In this document: positions 9,427 to 18,411 of the stretch, piece after piece
Position numbering within the stretch: the stretch's first letter is position 1
How the letters are laid out: each line of letters opens with the position of its first letter
Source of the DNA: Candidatus Dojkabacteria bacterium UBA4813
GTDB taxonomy: Bacteria; Patescibacteriota; Dojkabacteria; SC72
Length of the DNA: 43,322 bases
Direction of reading: 5' to 3'
NCBI GenBank assembly: GCA_002402455.1
Contig: DHFX01000015.1
Location: 1 to 43,322 of the forward strand
Position numbers and translations under genes: made by a program
The notes under the pieces: model-generated
Told to the model about the DNA's origin: nothing
The model's database searches: none
Seen by the model: the letters and a program-made list of their open reading frames with translations, nothing else

Positions 9427-10563
9427 ATGGCGGAAGTCAAAAAAGAAGTCTTAAAGAAAGCTGAGACTAAAAACAAAAGTTTTCAATTACCGGAGATCAT
9501 AGATTTTCTCAAGGCGGGAGTTCACTTTGGTCACAAGAAGAGTGCTTGGAACCCTAGAATGGAGAAATATATCTATGAGGTTAGAAATGGTATTCACATC
9601 ATAGATCTTGTTCAAACAAGAGAAATCTTGGGAGATGTTTTAGAGCAGTTAGAAAAGTATTCTAACAACGGAAATATTCTTATTGTTGGAACCAAGGGTC
9701 AAGCAGCTTCCGTAGTAGAAAAGATTGCAGAGGAAAGTGGTATGTTTTACATCAACAGAAGATGGATGGGTGGACTATTTACCAATTTTGATGTTATTAA
9801 GAAAAGTATCCATTCTCTAATTAAAATGGAAGAACAATTAGCTCAAGGTTCTGAGGATTTAGTAAAAAAGGAGAAACTTCTTATGGAGAAAGATATCTTT
9901 AGATTGAATAGAATCTATAAGGGTATTAAATTCATGGAAAAACTTCCTGAAGTTGTTATTGTTATAGATAGTCAGGTTGAAAAGAATGCTATTAAAGAAG
10001 CAAGAAAGATGGGAATCCCAATAATTGCCTTAATAGATACGAATTGTAACCCGGATATAATAGATTATCCTATCCCAGCAAATGATGACTCTATAAAAAG
10101 TATTTCTCTGTTTGTAAAACTCTTTGGAGAAGTTGTAGGCAAATCTAAGAAATCTCTAGGGATAATAGGACTAAGAAGGGATCATGAGGCAAAACTAGCT
10201 AGGATGAAGAAGCAATACGAAGAAGAGAAAGAAAGAAGGGAGAGGATGGAAGAGCAGGAAAGAGAAAGGATGAAAGCGTTAAGAGAAGGAAAGGTAGATG
10301 CTAAGAAAATTGGTTCTGTAGTTAGGGTTGTGAAGAGGGAGAAGAACATAGAAGATGAGGTAGCAGAGGCAGAGAAAGTAAAAAAGAGTGCAGACTCCAA
10401 ATCCATTAAAGAATTAGGGCTTTCTGCAAGAACAGAAAAAGCCCTTGTGGGTGCAAAGATCAAGACAGTGGGACAGCTTAAGAAGTTTTCTGAAGAGGAG
10501 ATGAAAAACATTAAAGGGATAGGGGAGAAATCTATAGAGGAGATTGGAAAAGCAATAAAGTAG
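9427..10563 (+). CDS. rpsB: 30S ribosomal protein S2 with C-terminal coiled coil and RNAP alpha-CTD-like HhH domain
   Basis: [35 protein letters not shown] and [16 protein letters not shown] motifs, plus about 135 extra C-terminal residues. Confidence 0.96.
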   Translation: MAEVKKEVLKKAETKNKSFQLPEIIDFLKAGVHFGHKKSAWNPRMEKYIYEVRNGIHIIDLVQTREILGDVLEQLEKYSNNGNILIVGTKGQAASVVEKIAEESGMFYINRRWMGGLFTNFDVIKKSIHSLIKMEEQLAQGSEDLVKKEKLLMEKDIFRLNRIYKGIKFMEKLPEVVIVIDSQVEKNAIKEARKMGIPIIALIDTNCNPDIIDYPIPANDDSIKSISLFVKLFGEVVGKSKKSLGIIGLRRDHEAKLARMKKQYEEEKERRERMEEQERERMKALREGKVDAKKIGSVVRVVKREKNIEDEVAEAEKVKKSADSKSIKELGLSARTEKALVGAKIKTVGQLKKFSEEEMKNIKGIGEKSIEEIGKAIK

Positions 10564-10589
10564 TTAACATTAGTTTTAGGAGATTTAAA

Positions 10590-11309
10590 ATGGCATACAG
10601 AGTAAAAGTGGAAGACATTAAGTCTTTAAGAGCAAAGACCTCTGCAGGAATGGCTCTATGTAAGGAGGCCTTGACTAAGTCCGATGGTGATATGGAAAAA
10701 GCTGTTGAATATATAAACAAAAGAAGTGATGTTATAAGTCGTCTTAGGAATTTAACGGGAGCAAAAATTGGTTTATGTAAATTAGCATTGGAAGAAGCAG
10801 GAAAGGATTTTGAAAAAGCGGTAGAGATTATCAAAGAGAGAGGTTGGAATGAGCCTATAGGGGAAGATCTGGGAGAGAAGATTGAAGGAGTTATTGAATC
10901 ATATGTTCATGGTAGAGAGCAGAAACTAGCAGCTCTTGTTGAAGTTAGATGTAAAACAGATTTTGTCGCAAGAAACGATGATTTTAGAGAGTTCGCTCAC
11001 GAAGTGGTTCTTCAGGTCGCGGCAATGAAGCCACAATATATATCTAAAGAAGATGTACCGGAAAATGTTTTAAAGGAATTAAAAGATCTTTTCACGAAAG
11101 AGGCTAAGATAGAAGGAAAGACAGAGAATATAATAGAAAAAATTGTAGAGGGCAAGATGGAAAAGTTCTACTCAGAAAAGTGTCTTTTACAGCAGAAATG
11201 GTTTAAGGACGAAGGGAAAACAGTTGGAGATCTCTTAAGCAACGCCGTGCAGAAAATGGGGGAGCCTATAGAGATAGCAAGATTTATCCTCTGGGAAGTA
11301 GGCAAGTAA
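10590..11309 (+). CDS. tsf: elongation factor Ts (short form, duplicated N-terminal domain)
   Basis: LRAKTSAGMALCKEAL, EG.IESYVH, TDFVA, QVAAMKP and I.RF motifs; follows rpsB. Confidence 0.95.
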   Translation: MAYRVKVEDIKSLRAKTSAGMALCKEALTKSDGDMEKAVEYINKRSDVISRLRNLTGAKIGLCKLALEEAGKDFEKAVEIIKERGWNEPIGEDLGEKIEGVIESYVHGREQKLAALVEVRCKTDFVARNDDFREFAHEVVLQVAAMKPQYISKEDVPENVLKELKDLFTKEAKIEGKTENIIEKIVEGKMEKFYSEKCLLQQKWFKDEGKTVGDLLSNAVQKMGEPIEIARFILWEVGK

Positions 11310-11411
11310 CTTTTCAATTTCCAAGAATTCTTAATTCCGAGGGACTTCTTCTCTTGTTAAAGTTTCTTTATTGATATACAATTATTCAATAATATTTTAG
11401 AAAAATATTGT

Positions 11412-11957
11412 ATGGACATAGAGTTATTTAAGAAGGATATTGAAAAGTGTATAGACCACTTAAAAGGAGATCTCTCTCAAATAAGAACCGGACGTGCAAA
11501 TCCCGAATTAGTAGAAGAGGTTACGGTGGATGCCTATGGTGTTGCAACTCCCATTAAAAATATTGCCACAATAAGTATTGTTGACGCAAAGACGATTAAT
11601 ATCCAACCTTGGGATAAGTCAATTGTAGATAATCTCGCACATGGGTTGGAAAATGCTAATTTAGGGTTTTCAATAATTTCCGAAGGGGATAGGGTTCTTG
11701 TCAAACTTCCGGATCTTACGGAGGAGAGACGAAAAGAGTATGTAAAGATTATGAAGGAGAGAGTGGAGGATGGAAGAATAGCGGTAAGACAAGTTCGTCA
11801 GAAATATATGAAGGAGATAGATGAAGCCCAGAAAGAAGGATTTTCCGAGGATCAGGCAGATAGGCTAAGAGATGAAATAGAAAAAATTGTAAAAGAAACA
11901 AATGAGAAGATAGAAGAGCTAAGAGAAGAGAAAGAAAACGAGCTTGTGACAATTTAA
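11412..11957 (+). CDS. frr: ribosome recycling factor
   Basis: IRTGRAN, VDAYG, IQPWDK, PDLTEERRKE and RIAVRQVR motifs. Confidence 0.96.
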   Translation: MDIELFKKDIEKCIDHLKGDLSQIRTGRANPELVEEVTVDAYGVATPIKNIATISIVDAKTINIQPWDKSIVDNLAHGLENANLGFSIISEGDRVLVKLPDLTEERRKEYVKIMKERVEDGRIAVRQVRQKYMKEIDEAQKEGFSEDQADRLRDEIEKIVKETNEKIEELREEKENELVTI

Positions 11958-11973
11958 ATTTTGTTCCTAAAAC

Positions 11974-13110
11974 ATGTTATCAGCAATTATTAGCGTAATA
12001 CTTTTTATATTCGTAATTGGTTTTTTAACTTTTATTCATGAATCGGGTCATTTTCTTGCAGCCAAGGCAGTTGGTGCGAGAGTTTATGAATTTTCCTTAG
12101 GTTTCGGTCCTAAACTTATTACGAAGAAATATAGAGAGACTCTTTACTGTGTAAGGGCTGTTCCTCTTGGAGGTTTTGTGAAAATATTGGGGGATGGAGA
12201 CCCTAGTGAATATGAAAGGGAAGGAGAGGATCTGAGTAAAAGCAAATTTAATCTGAATAATAAATCTAAGATAGCTCAGATTTTTGTAATGTTAGCAGGG
12301 GTATTTATGAATATCCTTTTTGCAATATTTTTCTACTACATAATTCTTGGTTTTAATGGTTGGAAGACAAGCCCGGTATATGTAGATCTTTCAGATATAA
12401 GCATTGTCGGAGCTGATGTAGAGCAAATGTTGGGATATAGTGTTTTGGAAGATGGAAATGCTATAAAATCCGGTATCCCGGAGTATGGGGTGATTAAAGA
12501 AATTAACGGAATTAAAGTTTGGGATAAAGATGCTTTAACAGCACAGATAAAAGGATCAGAAGAAGTTACTCTTTTGGTCTGTGATGAAACGGGAAAAGAG
12601 TGTGGGGAATATCCCATAGCTGTTAACGAAGAGGGAAAGATAGGAATATTTCTCTCTTACGGTTACATTTTGGATTATTCAGATCATAAACTCTCTGCAG
12701 GACCTCTTTATTTGACAAATAATCTTAAGATAATTGGTAGAGTTCTATCCTCAATGCTTGGAACAGCTAAAGAAACAGGGGACTATTCACCACTATCTAA
12801 TACCGTTTCCGGTCCTATTGGGATATTTCTTCTTATAGATAATCTTAAGACGAGAGGATTTTTAGTGTTTCTTTCTTTAGTAGCGGATCTTTCTATTTCT
12901 TTGGCAATTATGAATCTTCTTCCTGTTCCTGCTTTGGATGGTGGTAGGGTACTTATTGTTGCTCTTGAGGGGGTATTTAGGAAAGATTTTGACGAGAAGT
13001 TAAAAGCTGCCGTTATAAATGGTAGTATGATTCTTTTAATGATTTTAGTAGTATTGATTATGGTAAAGGATATAGTTAATATAGATACTATGAAGGAGAT
13101 GCTTGGGTAA
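11974..13110 (+). CDS. rseP: RIP metalloprotease RseP-like (M50)
   Basis: HESGH, EFSLGFGP, PLGGFVK, SGPIGI and NLLPVPALDGG motifs; conserved position after frr. Confidence 0.9.
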   Translation: MLSAIISVILFIFVIGFLTFIHESGHFLAAKAVGARVYEFSLGFGPKLITKKYRETLYCVRAVPLGGFVKILGDGDPSEYEREGEDLSKSKFNLNNKSKIAQIFVMLAGVFMNILFAIFFYYIILGFNGWKTSPVYVDLSDISIVGADVEQMLGYSVLEDGNAIKSGIPEYGVIKEINGIKVWDKDALTAQIKGSEEVTLLVCDETGKECGEYPIAVNEEGKIGIFLSYGYILDYSDHKLSAGPLYLTNNLKIIGRVLSSMLGTAKETGDYSPLSNTVSGPIGIFLLIDNLKTRGFLVFLSLVADLSISLAIMNLLPVPALDGGRVLIVALEGVFRKDFDEKLKAAVINGSMILLMILVVLIMVKDIVNIDTMKEMLG

Positions 13111-15353
13111 TGGAAGTAAGATTGCCTAATAAAAACAAGAAGAATGTAATAATACTTTCAGTATTAACTTTTGTTTTTCTTGCTTCAGGGAGTTTTCTTT
13201 TATGGAGGGTTAATCAGGAGAAGACTGTAGCTCCGGAGGAGGGGGAGGCAACTTGTGTTTGTCCAGATGGTTATACCTATTTTGCTATGGATAAAGATGA
13301 AGGTGGAAGACTATACTGTGTTAATAATTCGTGGAAGGAAACTATGCCAGCGGCCTGTTATAAGTCTGTAACCAATTGTACTCCACCAGGATCTAGTGGT
13401 GGAAGGGGTTGGGTCAGTACAGATTGTGTCTCATCTACCTCTCCTTCTCAACCATCTATTCCTGATTATTGTGTTGCTGAATATCCTCCTTATAATGCTT
13501 TGCCATATACTACGCCTGTAGCTTCTCAGAAGTCGGAACTTATTATATATTATCGCGCAATTCCCTCATACACAGCATTGGCCCAGTTTGTTATTACGGA
13601 TCCGGATGGGCATGACCATAGTATTACAGCATCTTCAGCCCAAGAAAGAATCCCGACCGGTATAATACTCGAAGCAGGAGAAAAAGTTGTAGTCAAAGCT
13701 GTCTATGAAACCGCAGGAGGGAAGGCTGCAACAGGTTGGCAGGCGGTCAATTCTGGGAATACATGTGGTTCTGGAGCAATGGGACCTCCACAAGGCGGTA
13801 CATGTGAGCGATATCCGAAGGTGGATGTTTCCAGTTATATTTCTTGGGCTGAGGGTTTTAATAATAATCAAAGTTTGATATCTAGACAATGTTGGGCAGA
13901 TGCAAAGGAATGGGAGGGGGATTATGACTTTAATGACTTCTTTATACAATTTTATTATCTTCCTATAAACACATGCGATGCAAAGGATGCTAAATGGGTG
14001 ACCAAGCCGGCATCATCAATACTATATGGGAGATCAATTCCTTTTGAATATGTAACCGGAGACACAGATGGAGTAGAAAGTTCGGATATTACTGTTAAGC
14101 TGGATGGGACATCTGTTCCGGTAACGAAAGTTCCAGCTACAGGTAATGCTGTTAATATTACTGTTAAGGGGACTCTTAATACAAATGGGAGTTTAGCTCC
14201 CGGATCCCACAAATTAGAAATATCTTGGGAGGATGTAAAAGGAGCAGGAGGTGCCCCTTGTTATGCATCTACAACTTTTACGGTGGGTTCAGCACCTATA
14301 AACACATGCGATGCAAAGGATGCTGAGTGGATAATTAAACCAGTATCCAGAATAGAGTTTGGTAAACCATTGTCTTTTGAATACATGACCGGAGACACAG
14401 ATGGAGTAGAAAGTTCGGATATTACTGTTAAGCTGGATGGGACATCTGTTCCGGTAACGAAAGTTCCAGCTACAGATAATGCTGTTAATATTACTGTTAA
14501 GGGGACTCTTAACACAAATGGGAGTTTAGCTCCCGGATCCCACAAATTAGAAATATCTTGGGAGGATGTAAAAGGAGCAGGAGGTGCCCCTTGCTATGTA
14601 TATAGTATGATAACGATACTACCTGAAAATCCGGAGTGGGATATTGAAAAGCAAGTGATAGCAAGATGCACAAATGACTGGACAGCTAATCCTCTTTCAA
14701 ACCTGCTTTACACAATTACCATTACAAATACCAACACGGGTTCTGGGTTTGGGAAGATAGATGTAATTGAAGATACTTTAGATCCTAAAGTAGATCTTAC
14801 TAAAGTAACAGATATTTCTAATGGTGGGGTAGTAGAAAATGGGAAAATTACTTGGAATCTAACTTCTCCACTATCTGATTTTGATCCTGGAGAATCTAAA
14901 TCCTTTACATATTCTATTAGTGTAGGCAAAGAATTTTTTGGAATGTATGAGAATACGGTTATTGCTACTCCTGGAGTAGCTGAAGGATATTCTCCTACGG
15001 ATTTGGAAGTATCGGTTAGTATAGAAGCAAAATGTAATATTGCAGAAGAACCCGAAATACCTGCAGAAGAGTATGTGACACCACCACAAGAGCCTCTCCC
15101 AGGGACAGGAATCTTTGATAATAGCCAAAATTCTCTTCTAGTCGGTTTGGGATTACTAATATTAGGTTTTACTTGGAGAATCTTAGGTAGAGGAATATAT
15201 ATCTCCGTAGAATTATTAGGTAAAGTTCCTAAAAAGATCTCTGTACAGATGAAAGATATAAAGGAAGATGTAAGGGCAAAGAAAAGAATAAAAGAAATGA
15301 AGATTGCAGATAAAAGAAAAAAGAATTTTGAAAGAAAAGTAGTAAAAGATTAA
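13110..15353 (+). CDS. large surface protein: N-terminal TM, Cys-rich region, two Ig-like repeats, DUF11-like domain, LPGTG motif plus TM and basic tail
   Basis: Hydrophobic N-terminal anchor; 'GDYDFND' motif; two ~101-aa repeats; 'DIEKQV...YTITITN...IEDTLD' resembles DUF11; C-terminal LPGTG, hydrophobic stretch and Lys/Arg-rich tail. Confidence 0.75.
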   Translation: MEVRLPNKNKKNVIILSVLTFVFLASGSFLLWRVNQEKTVAPEEGEATCVCPDGYTYFAMDKDEGGRLYCVNNSWKETMPAACYKSVTNCTPPGSSGGRGWVSTDCVSSTSPSQPSIPDYCVAEYPPYNALPYTTPVASQKSELIIYYRAIPSYTALAQFVITDPDGHDHSITASSAQERIPTGIILEAGEKVVVKAVYETAGGKAATGWQAVNSGNTCGSGAMGPPQGGTCERYPKVDVSSYISWAEGFNNNQSLISRQCWADAKEWEGDYDFNDFFIQFYYLPINTCDAKDAKWVTKPASSILYGRSIPFEYVTGDTDGVESSDITVKLDGTSVPVTKVPATGNAVNITVKGTLNTNGSLAPGSHKLEISWEDVKGAGGAPCYASTTFTVGSAPINTCDAKDAEWIIKPVSRIEFGKPLSFEYMTGDTDGVESSDITVKLDGTSVPVTKVPATDNAVNITVKGTLNTNGSLAPGSHKLEISWEDVKGAGGAPCYVYSMITILPENPEWDIEKQVIARCTNDWTANPLSNLLYTITITNTNTGSGFGKIDVIEDTLDPKVDLTKVTDISNGGVVENGKITWNLTSPLSDFDPGESKSFTYSISVGKEFFGMYENTVIATPGVAEGYSPTDLEVSVSIEAKCNIAEEPEIPAEEYVTPPQEPLPGTGIFDNSQNSLLVGLGLLILGFTWRILGRGIYISVELLGKVPKKISVQMKDIKEDVRAKKRIKEMKIADKRKKNFERKVVKD
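13962..14598 (+). repeat. direct repeat, two copies of ~304 bp at 333-bp period
   Basis: 13962-14265 vs 14295-14598. Both begin CCTATAAACACATGCGATGCAAAGGATGCT, diverge for ~60 nt, then run nearly identical for ~210 nt. Confidence 0.95.
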
Positions 15354-15399
15354 AAACTTATGTTATAATCACCACGCAATATTATTTAATAAAAACACC

Positions 15400-15600
15400 A
15401 TGGCTGTAATAGTACATTCTAATGAAAATATAGACAGTGCCCTTAAAAGACTGCACAGAGAAGTTCTAAGAGAAAAAACCTTGGATACTTACAGAGAGAA
15501 ACAATACAGAGCTAAAAAGTCTGATGAGAAAATCCAGAAAAGAAGAGAATGGGCAAAGATGAAAAGAAGAAGAAGAGCCGCTAGCAGAAGAGCTAAGTAA
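15400..15600 (+). CDS. rpsU: 30S ribosomal protein S21
   Basis: ENIDSALKRL, basic C-terminus, 66 aa, upstream of yqeY; TGTTATAAT at 15361-15369. Confidence 0.88.
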   Translation: MAVIVHSNENIDSALKRLHREVLREKTLDTYREKQYRAKKSDEKIQKRREWAKMKRRRRAASRRAK

Positions 15601-15620
15601 ATTGTCACTAATTATACCCT

Positions 15621-16064
15621 ATGTCTCTAACAGATACCCTCAGAAAGGACATGTTTGGCGCAATTAAAAATGGTTTAAAGGATGAATCTGAAATTCTAAA
15701 AATGGCTTTAGCCTCAATAAAAAATGCTCAAGTAGCATCAGATAAAGAATTAACAGATAAAGATGTCCAGAAAATATTAAGAGATCAGGTAAAAAAGATA
15801 AAAGACGCTATAGAACAATTTGAAAAAATGCAAAGAGATGACCTAATTGCCAAAGAAGCCCTTCAACTGGAAGTTTTACAAAATTATCTTCCGCAACCAA
15901 TGAGTGAAGATGAAGTAAGAAAAGTGGTTCAGACAAAAATTAAAGAACTAAATGTAGAAAGTATGAGGGATATAGGTAAAGTAATGGGTGCAGTAATGAA
16001 AGAACTAGAAGGAAAAACAGATGGCAATACCGTTAAGAACATAGTCCAAGATATCCTTAGTTAG
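15621..16064 (+). CDS. yqeY: GatB/YqeY domain protein
   Basis: R.DL..KE..LEVL..YLPQPMSEDE and DIGKVMGAVM...GKTDG motifs; rpsU-yqeY synteny. Confidence 0.92.
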   Translation: MSLTDTLRKDMFGAIKNGLKDESEILKMALASIKNAQVASDKELTDKDVQKILRDQVKKIKDAIEQFEKMQRDDLIAKEALQLEVLQNYLPQPMSEDEVRKVVQTKIKELNVESMRDIGKVMGAVMKELEGKTDGNTVKNIVQDILS

Positions 16065-16074
16065 GAATCTACTT

Positions 16075-16551
16075 ATGACCCTAAACATTTATAATTGGAC
16101 AAAATTACAAAAATATTTTCCTAATATTGAAGTAACAAAAGAACAGCTTAAAGAGATTCTCTTAAAAACCCTTCTTAATTACAGCAAAGATATGGGTGTT
16201 GGAAATGTAATTTCAGAAATAGACACCATAAACATAATCTTTACATCCTCTAGAGAGATAAAAAGATTAAACAAAGAATTTAGGAAAAAAGATTCTGTAA
16301 CAGATGTCCTCTCGTTTACAATAGAACAAGATCCTTTAATTGGAGAAATATACATCTGTCCGAAGTACATATCTAAGAAATATTCTTTCGAAGAAATCCT
16401 AAGAGACATTCTCCATGGCTTTTTACATCTTTTAGGGTATGAACATAAAGGTTCTTTTTCTGAAGCTTCAAAAGATAATGAAGAGATGTTTGTAAAACAA
16501 GAAGATATGTTGCAAAATGTATTAGATGAAATTAATAACAGGGTTAGGTAA
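16075..16551 (+). CDS. ybeY: rRNA maturation endoribonuclease YbeY
   Basis: LNKEFRKKD..TDVLSF, GEIYIC and HGFLHLLGYEH motifs. Confidence 0.93.
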   Translation: MTLNIYNWTKLQKYFPNIEVTKEQLKEILLKTLLNYSKDMGVGNVISEIDTINIIFTSSREIKRLNKEFRKKDSVTDVLSFTIEQDPLIGEIYICPKYISKKYSFEEILRDILHGFLHLLGYEHKGSFSEASKDNEEMFVKQEDMLQNVLDEINNRVR

Positions 16552-17089
16552 CCCGGGGGAAAAATATTCAAATACCAGACACAATGTAGGCTTTCTCTTT
16601 CTGGATGTGTTGAGAGAAATGTTTCTCTACCAAAAGGATATCTCTGCGACAGAGTGGGAGCAAGAGAAGATCTTCTCCTCACAATTGGCTCTCCTAAAGG
16701 AAGGAAGTAGGGTAATAGCTATTATGCAAAAACCCTTGACATATATGAATAGATCCGGGGATGCCGTTAGTAAACTTATTAAAAAGTATGAGATAGTAGA
16801 TTTGGCAGACAACTTTATTTTAGTTCACGACGATCTGGATATCCCCTTGGGTAAATTTAAAATACAGAGAGGGAAATCTCCCCTAGGACACAACGGAGTA
16901 AAGAGTGTTGAAGATAAAATTGGAATGGCCGACTTTAAGAGGGTAAGAATAGGGATTGAAGCAAGAGAAAACAAAAATATCCCCGGAGAAGATTATGTTT
17001 TAACAAAATTTACAAAAGACGAGCAAATAATAATTGATGAGGTTATACAGGAGGCTATAAAGGGAATTCTTGCAGATATTTTAATTTAG
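16526..17089 (+). CDS. pth: peptidyl-tRNA hydrolase
   Basis: GLGNPG..Y..TRHNVGF, KPLTYMN.SG, VHDDLD, GHNG and RVRIGI motifs. Confidence 0.96.
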   Translation: MKLITGLGNPGEKYSNTRHNVGFLFLDVLREMFLYQKDISATEWEQEKIFSSQLALLKEGSRVIAIMQKPLTYMNRSGDAVSKLIKKYEIVDLADNFILVHDDLDIPLGKFKIQRGKSPLGHNGVKSVEDKIGMADFKRVRIGIEARENKNIPGEDYVLTKFTKDEQIIIDEVIQEAIKGILADILI

Positions 17090-17118
17090 CAACTTACCCT
17101 TTATTAATACCCCTTTGG

Positions 17119-18339
17119 TTACTTTTTGATATAGAGAACAGACTCTTTACTATAAATCTTACTAACTTCTTCATATGTGTGTTCTGTTAAATACTCATCT
17201 TCCTCTAAAACTATTGCCAAAGAATTTTCTTTTAGAGTTATTCCAAGATTTAGAATTTTCTCTTCATTGTTATCGCTTTGTTTAACTAAGAAAAATACCT
17301 TCCCGGGTGTCAGTAAGGTATCCTCTGTCATTTCAACCCCCTGCAACATTTCCTTTTCCTGAAGGTATTCAAATAGGAGGGAGGGGTATTCGTAATCAGA
17401 GAAGAAGTAAGATTTAAAACCATACTTTTTAATATGGTAGTCTCTTAAAACAGGTTCAATAGGAAGTCTCAAGTTATAATGAGCTTGTGAAATTATTCTG
17501 TAGGAACTAAATCCTCCGAATGCATTCTTTACCTTTTCTATGGATGCATTAGGGTGTTGGTTTGTCCATTTTCCTGAAGACACAATCTCTTCTGCCTGCT
17601 TAAGTAGTTTTTCTGAATCAACCTTTTCAAGATTATCTTCTTTGGTATTTCCCACATCCGGATCCTGCCCATCTGCAATTGTGTCGTAATCTGAGTCAAG
17701 AATGGGGGTCTGACCCCTCCAAACAGGTACCCACATTGTAAACGGAATGTATAAAGCAGTAATTAAAATTAAAGCCTTGAGAGATATATCTACAACCTTG
17801 TTCCTTTTAATGAACTTTTTGTAAAGAGCATATATGAATATCACTATAAAGAATATCTCAATAGAACCCATTACAGAAAATGGGAAACTGGCGAACAAAT
17901 TTGGTTCAAATATGTACTTTAATAGGTAGAACTTATGTTCTGTTAGTGGATAAGCCAACATAATACTATCTACAAGAAAATCTGCAAGAAGATGAAAGAG
18001 TGTACTAATTAAGAAGGTATTGGCTAAAATATGTAATAAATTGCTGTTTAATGTCTTGTTAGTTTTTTCATTAAGAAACTTCTCCTTAATATAAAAGAGT
18101 CCCTCTAGAACAATCCAAATTGTGATGTAAAAAATCGGTGTATGAGTTATTACCTCATGATGTATAAATCTTGGGACGTTAAGCATAGAGAGGAGGAAAA
18201 TATCAAAGTCAGGGAGGATTCCAAAGAAAAGAGCACATAATGCTACCAATATCTGTTCACTTGTTTTGAGTTGTTTGATTTTTTTATTCTGTATAGCCTC
18301 GTTTGCTAAATAGGATATTGGCCCGTGTGCTATATACAT
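17119..18339 (-). CDS. YdjM-like membrane metal-dependent hydrolase fused to a degenerate DUF1287/NlpC-P60-like domain
   Basis: N-terminal H, LPDFD, HH..THT and HLLAD motifs with TM helices. The C-terminal soluble part resembles DUF1287 only loosely. Confidence 0.65.
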   Translation of the reverse strand: MYIAHGPISYLANEAIQNKKIKQLKTSEQILVALCALFFGILPDFDIFLLSMLNVPRFIHHEVITHTPIFYITIWIVLEGLFYIKEKFLNEKTNKTLNSNLLHILANTFLISTLFHLLADFLVDSIMLAYPLTEHKFYLLKYIFEPNLFASFPFSVMGSIEIFFIVIFIYALYKKFIKRNKVVDISLKALILITALYIPFTMWVPVWRGQTPILDSDYDTIADGQDPDVGNTKEDNLEKVDSEKLLKQAEEIVSSGKWTNQHPNASIEKVKNAFGGFSSYRIISQAHYNLRLPIEPVLRDYHIKKYGFKSYFFSDYEYPSLLFEYLQEKEMLQGVEMTEDTLLTPGKVFFLVKQSDNNEEKILNLGITLKENSLAIVLEEDEYLTEHTYEEVSKIYSKESVLYIKK

Positions 18340-18411
18340 AGGGTTTTGTTATTAAATTAGTATTGAATTAAGACATTATACATATTCTTCCACTATTGAT
18401 AAAATACCCCT

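Noticed and set aside
13962..14598. Repeat pair as a diversity-generating retroelement TR/VR or a CRISPR
   Set aside because: Both copies are in frame within one CDS, the differences are not adenine-specific, and there is no reverse transcriptase, cas gene or short repeat-spacer pattern.
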